From: Octopus sinensis
Taxonomy: Eukaryota
Length of the DNA stretch: 64,000 nucleotides
Assembly: GCF_006345805.1 (NCBI RefSeq)
Contig: NC_042999.1
Coordinates: 27,032,001 to 27,096,000 of the forward strand
Direction: 5' to 3'
The notes under the pieces were generated by a model. The model was not told where the DNA came from. It saw only the letters and a list, made by a program, of their open reading frames with translations, and searched no databases. The position numbers and the translations under genes were made by a program. Shown one piece after another: positions 24,217-38,383 of the stretch. Position 1 is the first letter of the stretch. Each line of letters starts with the position of its first letter.

Positions 24217-25810
24217 CTAGCATAAATGCCCGGTGTTGCCCAGGTTAAAGAAAATATTGAAATTTTAAGATAGATTTTAGATCTCTAACATGAAACATAG
24301 ACTACGCTGTTTTTACCTCCTAGTAGCTGATATGCCAAATTTATACCTGAATAATCCGATATTTACCAGTTTTTGAATATGATGAAATTTAAGTAAGCCT
24401 TTTAAATCTCTAAGTAAAATGAAACATGGATCATGGATGGAAGCACGCCGTCGGTTACGACGACGAGGGTTCCGGTTGATCCGAATCAATGGAACAGCCT
24501 GCTCGTGAAATTAACGTGTAAGTGGCTGAGCACTCCACAGACACGTGTACCCTTAACGTAGTTCTCGGGGATATTCAGCGTGACACAGAGAGTGACAAGG
24601 CCGGTCCTTTGAAATACAGGTACAACAGAAACAGGAAGTAAGAGTAAGAGAAAGTTGTGGTGAAAGAGTACAGCAGGGATCACCACCATCCCCTGCCGGA
24701 GACTCGTGGAGCTTTAGGTGTTTTCGCTCAATAAACACTCACAACGCCCGGTCTGGGAATCGAAACCGCGATCCTATGACCGCAAGTCCGCTGCCCAAAC
24801 CACTGGGCCATTGCGCCTCCATAAAACATGGATCATACAGTTCACAACAATAATTAGCTGAAGTACAAACTTTTAATGTCAATAACATGTTTTATCCGAT
24901 GTTCTTACTGTTAAAATTGTTTTTAAAAAACAGGTAGTTCTTTGTCTTCATAATCACCTTCAATTATCAGTACTTGTTTTAAACACGTTGAAATTGAAAA
25001 TGCATACATTTGAGCAGAACCGGCCTGCGGGCGCTCCCGTCCTGTTAATAAGTACATCTAACAAAAAATTATCAGATGATGTGAGTATAAATAATTGTAT
25101 TGAAAGAAATCTGGAAATCAATCACAGTTTATCTAGAGCTCCTAGTTATACGATATTTTGAGTGTGTCCTTTAATTGGTGCATAAATGAACAGATTTTGG
25201 AGACTTTCAACTCGCGAACATCCTACATGTAATTGCCCATGAGAGAAGCAAGGTGAAGTCCCACAATTTTGAGAGAATGTCCTTGACACTTGTTTAGTGA
25301 CATAATGAAACTTTGTTTCACTGGGTACTGGAACTGCTTAAATTCAAAGGGGATGTCACATTGGATTAACAGGATCCGTGGAATGAAGACATCCTCACCT
25401 TTATACTTCCCTGTCATAATTGTTGCCTCTAGAGCATGGGGTCGCATCGCTTTGATCACCAGTCTGGTGTCATTGCACAGACGAAGAGGATCCAGATTCC
25501 TGAGCAGCATGATTGGGGCCCCCTTTAAAAGAGTTAAATGGTGAGCTAGGATCTCAGATGGCTGTAGAGAGTTCAGGAACACAGCTGGAAAAACCACAGC
25601 CTGGTCGTGATCAATGATAGTGTCGAGGGATTTTAAAGAATGTTCTTGTCCGGGCAACAGCTGCAAGTGATCAGAGTTAATTTTGTTGACAGTATCATTA
25701 TGGCACAGTCACAGAGCCATTGACTGTTGCTAAAGTTTTGTGCAATGCTTGGGAGTACATGCATTATGAGAGCATTGACTGTTGGTACCTTCTCACCAGC
25801 TGGTTTTAAC
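24217..25810 (-). mobile_element. Helitron fragment with PIF1-helicase remnant
   Basis: ORF 25223-25666 (LLKGAPIMLLRNLDP..LCNDTRL..VFIPRI..FKQFQYPVKQSFIMSLNKCQGHSL); 3' end CCTGGGCAACACCGGGCA hairpin then CTAG|T at 24217; 5' limit approximate. Confidence 0.85.
24435..24823 (-). mobile_element. tRNA-derived SINE (OR-type), tail variant B, with 13-bp TSD
   Basis: TSD AAACATGGATCAT at 24422-24434 and 24824-24836; head shared with 6713-7017 but a different 3' half; inserted in the Helitron. Confidence 0.9.
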
Positions 25811-25897
25811 TGCTATTTCTAAATTTCGGTATGTGGTGAAACAAATTTTTTGCTAATTATAATTATATTTATAATTATAACATTTTTTATATAATTT

Positions 25898-25928
<31 letters not shown>

Positions 25929-25934
25929 TATACA

Positions 25935-26108
25935 CACAACGGGCTTCTTTCAGCTACCGTCTACCAAATCCACTCAGAAGATTTGATTGGCCTGAGACTA
26001 TAGTAGAAGTCACTTGCCCAAGGTGCCACGCAGTTGGACTGAACCCGGAACTGAACCCGGCACAATTTGGTTAAGCAAGCTTCTTACCACACAGCTACGC
26101 CTGCGCCT
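25935..26108 (-). mobile_element. CORE-type SINE, 5' half
   Basis: GGCGCAGGCGTAGCTGTGTGGTAAGAAG head and GGCACCTTGGGCAAGTGAC CORE-like segment. Confidence 0.8.
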
Positions 26109-26698
26109 GTAAAATAATATATATGGTAAAATATCGTTTTAATTTCTCTGAGGTTGTAGTATTCGGAGATTTCGGAGAAAAACGTGAATTGTTTTAATAC
26201 ATTTTTTAGTATGTTTAGTGTAAGATTATACTAGTCTACTTGAACCAGTCTCGGTTGCGTTATCCTCCGTGATTTCCTATAGGATATATTTAATATATAA
26301 CAATTATTTATTTGCACTATAAAAAGCAAAATCTGAAACGATGTCTCTCGCATTTATTCATAATTATTTCCAACATACTCGAACGCCAATAATCTAATCG
26401 ATGTCGTATAAGTCACAGACGAACAAATTCTGCTTTTTAATACGAAAATGTGTTCATAACAAGCTCGATGCATCGTGTCTAAATAAAAGCTTGTCAATTT
26501 TGCGTATAAGTTCAGCGAATAAAATGTTTTCGGATCACTGCTAATATCTGTCAACCAATAAAGCATATTTATTCTTAATACCCTCCGACAGATTCAAACA
26601 TATATATGTTAATCGTTGCTATATTATTTTACAGGGCGATTCATTTTTACGATGAAAAGCTGTTCAATGAATATTCAGCTCATTGGTGCAAAAGATTA

Positions 26699-26748
<50 letters not shown>

Positions 26749-29249
26749 TTATAGATATATATATATATATATATGACTACCGTATACATAATTCTTCACA
26801 ACCACGTAGTCGCGATGTATTTGTATTCGAGTTATTAAGTTATTTTATCTGGAATATAAATAATTACACTCCAAACAGTCGAACGAGCATTTTAAAGCAA
26901 CGTCCAATATTTCTCTTCCTGTATCAGTATTGTAATAGATGACCACCCGGGGGTAAATTAAACGGTGGGAACTTCTGCTTTTACAACAAAGCTTAAGTGA
27001 AGAGTAACATATTTAATGATGTGACACGGAAATATGTTTATTAACATTGCACCTTCAATTAAGAGAAAGACTATTAATTTTGGTTATTTGATCTGATTAA
27101 GGACGTCAGGGTTGACATTTCCTACATCTGAATATTGATTAGTGTTTGTGAATGCACAAAATGAGACTACCTCTATAATGCATGCACTAGCATCCAGTAT
27201 TTCATTAATATGCATTTATAGAATCCTATCCCTTTTACGCCATTGTTCTTCTTTAGCAAACTCGATACTAAAGCTAAAATTTTTTCTGTTAATTATTGGT
27301 TAAATTTTAATTTTAATTTATTAAACGTTGTTTTGGCTCCCTTTATTATGTATCTCAGTCCCTAACTGTAATCGATATGTGAGAGAAGTTGACAGATTCG
27401 CAAGCACGGATACCACTGATTGTCGATCAATAGGTGGAAGTTATTGACTATTTCCTCATAGTAGCAACACTGACGGTCGATCGAATCTCACCTATATTTT
27501 CACAATAATTTTAAAAAATATCTCTCAATATAACAAACTAAATAAACACTTTTCCGTTATTATTGATGTTCAGTCTCACTTACACCGATCGAACAAATCA
27601 ATCGTAAAGGGTATTTTATTCGAGACTATTCTAGAGGTATAGGGGTTTGGAAAAGTACATTCGTGGACGTTTCATTTTTTTTTAATTTAAGAGAATACAG
27701 GGGATTATGTGATGGAAATTTGGCTGTTACTCTCTAAACACAGACTGATATACACAGCTCAAAATACAGATGCTTCTGAGGCGGCATCGATTATTTATCC
27801 TGTCGCTCATTCAGTTTTTCAACCTTAGGGAATCGTTTGCAACCTCGTTATGAGCTCGTGTTTATATATTGTGCCAAGTATGTTGTAATATGCATTGTTG
27901 TTTTCCGACCACACCTGATATATCGTTATTGTCACGAAATAATAAATTTTTAAACTATCACTAAACTGCATACGAACTTGTTGTAATATAAAGAGAAAAC
28001 AGTTAATAGACTATTATTATGCTGAGTAAGTATTTATCTATAAAACTCGTCTATTGTATGCCTGCCTTTTTCCAAAGGCAAAATGTTCTGATACAGCTTT
28101 TTATTTTCTAAATAAAAGAAATGATCAATATTTTAGAAGTTGGTTTGTTATTTTTTTTGCTTTTTTCTCTTCATCAAATGTTGTCTTATATAATTTAATG
28201 ATTCCTTGTATTGGCAAAAACACACAATTATAGGGAAATGTAAAATTGATTGAATAATCGAAAGTTATACATGATTGATACTTACTGTATCGACTCTGGA
28301 GCAATTTCACGTTAGGCTATGAAGCATTATTGTTTGCTGCTGTTGCCGTCGCTTTTGTTGTCATCATATATCTTTGTGACAATTCTGATTTATCGGAATC
28401 ATTACTAAAGTCTTTCCAACCACGACCATTCCTGTCTTTCAAGTTTAGTATGTCTAAGCCTACATTATGGAATATTATTAAGACGAAGTAGTTTATCTTG
28501 GATAGTTTACGCATATAATTCTAATAAGAAATTGAATTAGACGACTCGACGTTGGCTTGTAAAGGATATCACCTACGTAACCAAGTCTACATAGAATCTA
28601 ACTCATATAAACATGTTGTGGAAGATGCAGCGTAAAGGCTTTCGATTCCTCGGGAGTGCTGTGTACATCAAATTGGCAGAAGCGTTAGAGTTTCGAGTGA
28701 AATGGGATGCGGGATTTTCTCTGGGTTTTTGAGTTTCGGCTTAAATTCTAGACGAGGATAAAATAATATTTTCAAATCCTTGTGTGAATGCATAAATGGC
28801 GCAGTTGTTTGTAAACTGGTGGAATACTTATGTGAGACCTAAGATGCTTTGTGTTATTGCATTCGAATATTTGAGTTTTGAATTCAAATCAGTCTGTGGC
28901 CTACTCACCCATTAGGTTTAATAATATCTAAACTTGGCACCTGAACCTAGACTGCCTGTAGCTGAATCTACTCATTTTAAGAGAAATTGCACTAAGTTTA
29001 CGGTTTGAGAATACCTTACATCCTCTTGCCTGTTTTAAAGAGTTGTAAGGTATCATGAGTTTATTTATCTAAGAGGTATCAAATTGTTTTCACTTAATTA
29101 TATATGACTGGCACTGAATTGACAATATCGGTTCCTTCTGTGTGTAAGTTGAGTATAGTATCGGCATATTCTGATAAAAAGGTAAATCATATTTTGGTAA
29201 AATAAACTAATCTTGTATACCCAAGCTTAGTTACTAAATCTATAATCAA

Positions 29250-29950
29250 CCATTATCAATGAAATGCACATGATATGCAAAGAATCAAATACTGTTTCAT
29301 AACATGTGGTGGGGGAAAAGATTGAGGAAGTGTAAGCAAACGGAACTGAAGACAAGAACATTCAGGTGCTTTCGAAGGAGATCGCCATACTTGTAAACCT
29401 AAGATTATTAGGTTTAAATTTACTATTAGTACTTCTCGTGGAATAGAATGTGCATAGGAAAGGCAGTATGAAAAGAATACAGAAAAAGGAACGTTATAAA
29501 TATTCAAAACGCTGTAAATCATGTGAATCATGCAATGCAGATGGCAGCATTAACAGTGGAATATTTTGAATTATATCTACATCTTTAATGCCCTTCACCA
29601 TGAAGGGAGATTAATAGAACAGTGGCTTATGGAGGAAGAGAGAAGATTTCATTATGACGAAGTAAACAATAGGCAACTAATAAACACTGTTTGAACACTG
29701 TTGGGTTTGGATTGCAGCTGCACACATTTAATGGAGTGGATTCTTGGATAACGATAGTAGGGAAAATCATGATCCAATACACGATAAGAGAAAGCGAAAT
29801 GCCACGCAACAGTGGTGTGTAGCCTGCTCCAAATGTATTTTCAGATGTCGTCAAAACTGAAGATAGCTTCAGTTGACAGGTGATGACTGGAATAGTTGTT
29901 AGCGAAAGTTTTATGGCTGAATATGTGGGGTCGAGAGTTAGTGCGATGTA
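29250..29950 (-). mobile_element. Degenerate LINE APE-endonuclease fragment (CR1/Jockey-like)
   Basis: Frameshifted GYTPLLRGISL.. and PSALHDSHDL.. patches resemble non-LTR APE and linker sequence; by-eye only. Confidence 0.45.
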
Positions 29951-30129
29951 TTTATGAAAATGGGTGTAGGTGTGTGCTTGTATGTGTGAGATTGTGCGTG
30001 TTTTCTTGATGTGTGTGTGTGTAAACTTGTGGCTGAGAAAGATTATGTGTATGAATGCATATGTATACTGGTTTGTGCGCATCTGGTCTGTATATGCGTG
30101 TGTGTCTAGCGAACATTTATGCGTGTGTG

Positions 30130-30804
30130 AATATGAAGTAATGAAAGCGAGAATATGACATTGGAGAATTTCCTAATGAAATAATAATGAATGTATACTT
30201 ATATACATCATTTTATCGCTCCATATTTTGTATGTTGATAATTGTGGATTATTAATGATGGTGCCTGTAATATTCTGTATTTGTCTGTTTGCCGACAACT
30301 TCGCCTGACAACATTGAATTTTAATTAAGGTTTCCTGTATTTTGAATCTAAAATCATGTCAATTCTAATTGCAAAAAGGAAAACTTCCAATATTTCAAAT
30401 TTGATGCACATATTGTAACTAATTTTAATAGCTTCCGTTCTAGATTTATGCTTTTAATCTGATAGTGGTTTTCGCTGACATGTCACTGCTGAACTGCTAT
30501 TAATTTCAATTATAATTTAAACTTTTTTATATTGATAGTCTTCTATACCTTCGAACTCTAAGCTAATTTTCTGCATGCAAAAGTAATTTGCATAATACAG
30601 AAAAATCACTAGATCAACAGTGGTTGGGTGGGTAATCATGGAACACCAATGCTGTTGAATCTTTAAATTATATTCAGCAACTGACTGCAATGTGCTGACC
30701 TCTGCATTGAAATCATATTCTTCATTTGCAATTGTTCCCCAAACGAACATGCAAGTAAATATAAAATGTTGCTGGAAATATGTATCGAAGTTAATCAGTA
30801 ACAA
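30130..30804 (-). pseudogene. Decayed intronless Cys-loop ligand-gated channel (nAChR/chemotactile-receptor-like)
   Basis: In order: signal-like FIFTCMFVWGTIA; EVSTLQ..EYNLKIQ..HPTTVDL; ISL..GIEDY; in frame past the stop IIIEINSSSAVTC; second Cys 24 codons later (CIKFE); shifted YWKFSFLQLELT; PSLII; RKFSNVIFSLSLL (M1-like). Confidence 0.45.
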
Positions 30805-32594
30805 ATTTCTATATTAGAGTGCAATGAGTAAATTAAATGTCTTCTGTATATTAAATGATATTTGTTATTGAATATGCAACTGGAAATCACTAACTTATGA
30901 GAATATTTAATTAGATGCATCATCTATACTGGAGTAAATATGTTCTAAGCTAAATAAATGTGACATGGGTTATATAATGTTAATTATAAAATCTTTTATA
31001 TGATACCACTTCGTAATTTCTGAACGTTCTTCATTTTGTTAGACACTTGTAATATTTAAAATCCTCGAGTATAGTGTCCCTTCAGTATATATTACTCAGA
31101 GGAGTTTTAGGGACCTGTACCTCTGAAAAACCTAAACCTAGTGAATATTACGTACCCCTACTCTAGCTCGTGTCAAGGAGCTCTATATAACGTCCTTGAT
31201 TTGCAAAACTGTATACGGTAACGTGCTTTATTATTATTGAATATATAACATAATGCAAGTGTGTAGCTCTTTTTGTGCATTTTGTTTGCAGAAAATAAAG
31301 AAATAACAGCAGTAACAGAAATAACGTTTAATAAATGTTGCTTACTGCAAGTTATGGATGATTCTTTTATGAATTCATTGCATGTGCGTCTGAATAAACA
31401 GAGCCAGACAGCAAATAGAGACTCAGACATTGCTTAGAAAATAATTTTCATTTTTCATCTCGTATATAGTACGCACTAGGGATTTTGACCGTTAAATTTT
31501 AGGAAAAAATGCGGATTATTCTCGAGGATTTACGGTAGATGAAAATTGTGAGCTGGCAGAATCTTTAAGACACTAGACAAAATACTTTGCGGCAGGTCAC
31601 CAGTCTTTACTCTCTGAGTTTAAGTTCTGATGAGGTCGACTTTGTCGTTCATTCTTTCATGGTCTGTAAAATAAGTGGAAGTTGTCGATGTAATTACCTT
31701 CCCTCTCCTCCAACGTTTCTGGGATTGCGTCAAAATTTTAAAGCAATGCTATAAAATGTTGTTAATGGTTGACAGTGACGTTGAGGGACTGTAGAAGTTT
31801 GATTGAATAGTTATTACACAGCAGAGGATCAAATAAAGACTAATGGATATTTTTCAAGTGTTCGTTTGTCAAATCAACAACTAAGGATCACTTTATATAC
31901 AAAATATTTGCAACTCTATTTGGAATCACGTACATTACAAAATATTTCTAATCTTAGATTGCTATAATTCTAAAAATATCCGCAAATTTCAAAATAATTA
32001 CATTATAACATCTAATTCAAAGACAAGGACAGGAAATCATAGCAAAGAATTGAGCTATTAAATAGAGTCCCATTATTTATTTGATTCTTTAGTTAATCGA
32101 CTCAGATGATTGAAAGACAAAGTTAACCTGGTTGAAATTAGAACTTAGAGCGTAAAGATCCGGAGGATTTTACGAAGAATTTGCTAAACCTTCGCCTTGA
32201 CAGATTCGAAACAGTATCAGTGATATATAGACAGAATTACCTGATAGTATTCTGTATGAATGATAATCATATAATTATAAAGAATGAGTGAAAATTGTCA
32301 TATATGTCATACTGTATAACATTAATATAGGAAAGTATATAAACTAAATATAATTGTGAATGGCTGCATGAAGAATCGGTTTCGGTTTACTGGGCTTTAC
32401 AGTCAAAATTGTTAGAAACATTGGCTTGGAGTTTTGATATAAGAACATGATCACGCGAAGAAACAAAATTATAGAGGCATGGAATTAATAGCTATATCAT
32501 ATTGATAGAAACTAAGAGATAGTCATTAACACTTTTATGTGTCACTTGGAAAAATACTGAAAGTGTGCCCTCATATATCCTTAAAGATGCACAT

Positions 32595-32975
32595 TGGCGT
32601 AGAAGTGGCTGTGTGGTGAGTAGCTTCTTTACGAACCACATGGTTCCGCGTCGGGCAAGTGTCTTCTACTATAGACTCGGGTAAACCAAAGCCTTGTGAG
32701 TGGATTTGGTAGATGGAAACTGAAAGAAGCCCGTCGTATATATGTATGTCTATGTGTGTGTGTATATTTTTGTGTGTCTAAGTCTGTCCCCCCCCAACTT
32801 CGCTTGACAACCGATGCTGGGGTGTTTACGTCACCGTAACTTAGCTGTTCAGCAAAAGAGTCCGGTAGAATAAGTACTAGGCTTACAACAAATAAGTCCT
32901 GGGTCAATTTGCTTGGATAAAGGCGGTGTTCCAGCATGGCCGCACTGAAATGACTGAAACAAGTAAAAAAGAGAA
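32595..32975 (+). mobile_element. CORE-type tRNA SINE with internal (TA)/(TG) microsatellite and LINE-like tail
   Basis: GTGGCTGTGTGGTGAG head, GGGCAAGTGTCTTCTAC, internal microsatellite, 3' GGCGGTGTTCCAGCATGGCC..GACTGAAAC. Confidence 0.85.
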
Positions 32976-34142
32976 AAAAATTAGTATAACTGAAAATAAT
33001 TTGTCTTTCATTGCAGTTATCATATTTCATATATTTATCACCCATAATGAGCATAAACTCATTAATACTTTGTATGATGATTACCTTAATTGTAACTGTC
33101 TTTCTTTCATCTCCAATGGGATGTTGGCCTGTAGATCCTATTGAGAGTTTGACATTCCTGAATGCTTTTTATTTTTATAGGGTATATGTGGGGCAATCAG
33201 TTGAGGTGGATTTAAAAACTGCAATGTGAGACGAACAAGGAAAGCATGTTGTATTGTACGTACACAAAACACCTAAAGAATAAGCGATAGCTCGCACTCA
33301 TTGTTATTTCGCTAGTTGTTTTAGATCCCCAGGTAATCGTAACACAGTGAAATGAAGCGTGCGAGAAATAAAGCTTGGTGTGTTGCTTATTGGAGTTATG
33401 AAAGGAAGTTTCTTGCTCAAGGACTCCATGATGCTCCACTCTGAACAAGAAATAGACCCATGGTCTTATGATTGTGAGACTGACACTTTAACCATTTGGT
33501 AAAATGGAAACACAAAGAACGTTTTCAGAATATATGATATAACAAAACAATGATTTTGTTATAGCGTATGTATTATATCTCTAGAATATTAACCATAAAA
33601 ATAGTAGTAATAAACTGTTTTGCACAATATAGATTTATAACTGATATTCCAGCTATAATTCCACCTTTTTTAACAATACGCATCTCGAATCCCAACAACA
33701 AGGTCGTTATCCGAGAATCTCATACGATGTGTTAATGGTCATTAATATTTCAAATGTCTATATATTCTGTGTAATGCATGCAAAAATTAACAAATAAAAA
33801 GATATCATACTGTGTACTTGATACGGACAAATGATTTCGTTTGAAAATTTATCTGTGCGTTTGGATGTATGCGAACGAAAGATAGATATGCAAGAATACA
33901 TACATACATACACACGTGTATGTTGGTATCTCCCCGTCCCCCGTTCCACCCTTCTCTCTCTCTTTCTATATATGTGTGTGTATACACAACCGTACATGAA
34001 TATTATTACATATATATATATATGTGTGTGCGTGTGTGTGTGCGTGTGTGTGTGTGTACACTCACACAAACACACATGTATTTATTTCCACAAACGTACA
34101 CCTATGCATAAATATATAAATACTTATATACCTATACATATG

Positions 34143-34200
<58 letters not shown>

Positions 34201-36049
34201 GCATATATGAGACGCATGATTAAAGAAAGATAAATAGAACTGATATTGCAGGAATTGCATTTGTATAGGTAGAGTCTTTCGAGCGTCGTATTGAAATTTT
34301 CGTGGTATATTTTCGGAAACCGTTCGTTCTAAGTTCAAATCTTACCGCTGCTTCCTTCGTCCCACCTCGTTTCCTCATTGATTAAATAACACCAACCTCG
34401 GTGTTCAAAGGTACAGGGCAAGAAATGACTACAAGCCGGGGTGGAAGTTGAGGCCGGCTACTTTAATCACACTGCTTTAAGTAAATTCCCACCTCCAATT
34501 TGGTTGATATTTTTCGATATCTTATGAATATTTTTATTTTTGGCCGAGGTACTGTGTTTTGTTTTCCTTTTATACAAAGTGTCGAATTTAGCCCTAACAC
34601 CCTGTATACTTTATGAGAGGCTTCCGGAGAGAGCGACAGCCTAAGTTCTCACGACAGAATTGTCAGCCCGCGATTACGGTTGAAACCATTTATCTAGCTT
34701 GATGCACTTTGGGATCCAATCTACACCCATCCACATAGCCGAGGACAAAGCAAATTTATTAACCACCCAACTATCAAAATACTGAAGCTGCGTTAAGGAA
34801 ATGATGGTGTTTACCCCAAGTGAAAGCTGATGGAGAAGGTATGTGATCGGAAGGAGACTACCTGCATTTTTATCGTAACTGTCTAACTATATAATCTACA
34901 ACGTGTCCACAAATAATCCTTACAATATGAAGTTTGGAAGTGTTAAAGTTGTAAAGATAAATTATGGATGCTAGTATTATAATTTGGTATATTTGGTTTA
35001 AGGAAAATCTGGCTGGTATTTTTAGCAAATCATAATAACTGATCTATTGTTAACTAGAGGCCAGGTATTCCGAGTTTGCGCAGGAAGTAACTCATAGTCA
35101 CCAGAAATGCATTTAATATTCTTTATATCAAATCCGATATGTATCGACCCCAAATCCTTTTGGGGTCGATAAATTAAGTACCAGTTGCGTAGTGGGGTCG
35201 ATCGAATCGACTGGCCCCCTCTCCAAAAATTTCGGGCCTGGTACCTAGAGTAAAAAAGTATATCTTTTATATCAAATTTGTTCTGCCATCACATTATGTC
35301 GCTGTAACAGGCACGAAACTGAAGTGAATTTGGAGTCTTCATAACCGCCAGAAAAAATAAAGTGATTAGAATTAGACGTCTTGATAAAAGAAACCTCGTA
35401 TACTATACGCTGTAATAGGATAGAATATATAAACTACTTAATGTTCTCATCTGGTCGACTGGAGATCTGAAATTCCAGCCAAGATTACAATTTATTAAAA
35501 TTCATGCTGAGTATCTTAATGGACCTTAGGCTAAAACCTAATGATGCAACAGCGTACAACTAAGGATTTCTCAATGGGAGGCGCTTTGCAGTTGATCACT
35601 TGACCAGAGTGATGTAGCAGTTGAATATGCTGCAAAACATAGCATACAGTCTCAATTTCGGTTATGTTATTTGTTGATGCATTCCAACAGGAAACCAGAC
35701 ACTAGTCACAGCTGGAATACTTTTGATACTGCGCTAATGAATGAGGTTTAACAAAGGGTTAATCAACAACAGCATGAATAACAAGCACCGTAAAAGTTTA
35801 AGAGGAATAATTTGCGGTAACATATTAGTGACATAGTTTTTTGAAAGAGACAACCGACTGTTCAATATATATTTGTTTAGTTACAAAAGCAATGATATCG
35901 CGGGGAATTGGATTATTACAATTCTTAGGAATTCCGTAGTGATGCCCCGTGATACGCAATACTTTCATCGAAATTTGTTTTAAGCTATTTCATCTCTTGG
36001 TGTTTTCTCTTGAGAAACATCGACGGCATTGGGCAGGAGGACGTACCTC

Positions 36050-36281
36050 CATGGCAACTTACGATACTCTTTTACTCTTTTACTTGTTTCAGTCATTTGA
36101 CTGCGGCCATGTTGGAGCACCGCCTTTAGTCGAGCAAATCGACCCCAGGACTTATTCTTTGGAAGCCTAGTATACATTCTATCGGTCTCTTTTGCTGAAC
36201 CGCTAAGTTACAGGGACGTAAACACACCAGCATCGTTTGTCAAGCGATGTTGGAAGGACAAACGCAGACACAAAAGCACAC

Positions 36282-36347
<66 letters not shown>

Positions 36348-36522
36348 CATATATACGATCGGCTTCTTTCAGTGTCCGTCTACCAAATCCACTCACAAGG
36401 CTTTGGTTGGCCCGAGGCTATAGTAGAAGACACTTGCCCAAGGTGCCACGAAGTGGGACTGAACCCGGGACCATGTGGTAGGTAAGCAAGATACTTACCA
36501 CACAGCCACTCCTACGCCTATG
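36050..36522 (-). mobile_element. CORE-type tRNA SINE, full length
   Basis: Same family as 32595-32975; (TAAAAGAG) tail; internal (TA)n of ~80 bp. Confidence 0.9.
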
Positions 36523-37154
36523 TTTCATAAAATATTGCTTTTCAAGAAATGCACTTTGGAAAGGACCTTTACACTTGTAGTTCTACTGTCACATAAGACA
36601 TAGAGCGAAATTGATCGCAGGAAAATATCATCTGAACGGTAAATTGGTCATCCATTTGGCTCTTTTACGAATATTTCATACATAAACGTGATAGTTCTGA
36701 GGGGGATTTTGCCACCGTTTCTTGCAATATTGCTTGTTTGCTGGGAACTAAATGCCAACTTCATTCAAGTGTTTCTGTATAACTAAATGGAAATCAATTC
36801 GGTGAACAAAATATCGCAAGTAGTAAAATAGAAAATCTATTTAAGAAATGTATTTTAATGAAAAACATAAAAACAATAGACAAACATTCCAAAACTCTAT
36901 CTAATACACAATGATTTTGTAAAATAATAGATTACTAATTTTGTAGCATAAGGAAGTGTATACCGGATGGGGTGGGTGTATAAAATGAATGCTTTACGTG
37001 TCATGTAATATCATAATATACAGGTTAGTTCTAAGTTTCCAATTTATCGATATTTTTTATAATGAAAGCATAGAATATATTTCATTCATTCAAACCAATT
37101 CTGCGCCAATATGTACTGATTTCAGCAATGATTTTCACCATATAGAAATATCAT

Positions 37155-37395
37155 AAGGCGGCGAGCTGGCAGACACGTTAGCACGCCGGGCGAAATGCTT
37201 AGCAATATTTCGTCTGCCGTTACGATCTGAGTTCAAATTCCGCCGCGGTCGACATTACTTTTCATCCTTTCGAGATCGATAAAATATGTACCTGTTACGC
37301 ACTGGGGTCGATGTAATCGACTTAATCCTTTGCCTGTCCTCGTTTGTCCCCTCTGTGTTTAACCCCTTGTGGGCAATAAAGAAATAAGAAATATC
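37155..37395 (+). mobile_element. tRNA-derived SINE (GGCGGCGAGCTGGCAG head) with alternative tail
   Basis: Head and core as 23755-23970; 3' end GTCCTCGTTTGTCCCC..GGGCAATAAAGAAATAAG differs. Confidence 0.85.
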
Positions 37396-37702
37396 ATATT
37401 TCTTCTCTTATTGTTCAATCGAACAGTGAATAACAAATAGGTTCTATTCTGTTTTTTGTAAGTATTTTGATAGCTATTTCTAGCGGGTCGATCAGCTACA
37501 CAGCACGAAGAATGATACAAAGACAAGGCAATAAGCGGGCAGAATCGATAGCGTAACATATTTTCTGGTTCTTTACATTCTGCTTTCATACAACGCCGAG
37601 CATGATGATGAAGTAAGGAGCAGTTGAGCACAAGGGTTGTTGAGATCAACTAATTTCCCGTCAATAATTTGCTGGCATTGTGCCAAAATTATCATTATCA
37701 AT

Positions 37703-37895
37703 GTTAAGGCGGTGAGGATATTCTTTAGCGGTAATCCGCCCATCTTCACGTTCCGAGGTCAAATTTCACATAGGTCGATTTTGCCTTTCATACTTCGGGG
37801 TCGGTAAAATAAGAACCGGTTTAATACAGGTTTCGATGTGATCGACTTATTCCATCCCCTGAAATAGCTGGTCATGGGCCAAAATTTGAAGTCAT
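37703..37895 (+). mobile_element. Degenerate SINE of the same superfamily
   Basis: GCCTTTCATACTTCGGGGTCGGTAAAATAAG core. Confidence 0.7.
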
Positions 37896-37998
37896 TATGT
37901 TATTATAATAATAATAATAATAATAATAATTATTATTATTATTATTATTATTATCATTATTATTACTATTACAAAAAACAAGAAGAGCGCGACTGTTA

Positions 37999-38383
37999 TC
38001 TCTCTCTATATAAACGGCAGTTTGTCTGTGCGTGTTTCTGTGTGTCTGTTTGCTTGTACCCTCACCCTGACCACGGCTTTCAACCGATTCTGATGAAACT
38101 TGACACACACATAGCCCAATGTCATAATTCAAAACTAACGCAGCGAAAATTTTGAAAAGTTCCCCCAGTTCTGAAAAAAATCGATAAATTCGACATGGGG
38201 TCGAGAATCAGGAATACGAACCACAAACTGTCTAGGGGACGCAACTCTACCTTTTTTAAATCTCAAAAAAAAATTTACCATAATTTTTTTCCATTTTTTT
38301 GCTATTTTTTGGCTATAACTCTCTAAAAATGCTTTATAGTTATTTCCCTTACAAACCTGAGCAACGCCGGGCGATACTGCTAG
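37999..38383 (+). mobile_element. Non-autonomous Helitron
   Basis: A|TC 5' end (TCTCTCTCTATATAAA); 3' CCTGAGCAACGCCGGGC hairpin then CTAG|T. Confidence 0.85.

Noticed and set aside
30950-31430. M2-M4 of another Cys-loop receptor on the minus strand (FAVWLCL, LLNV..SLFS, EITKW)
   Set aside because: The similarity is too weak and conflicts with an equally weak plus-strand exon reading.
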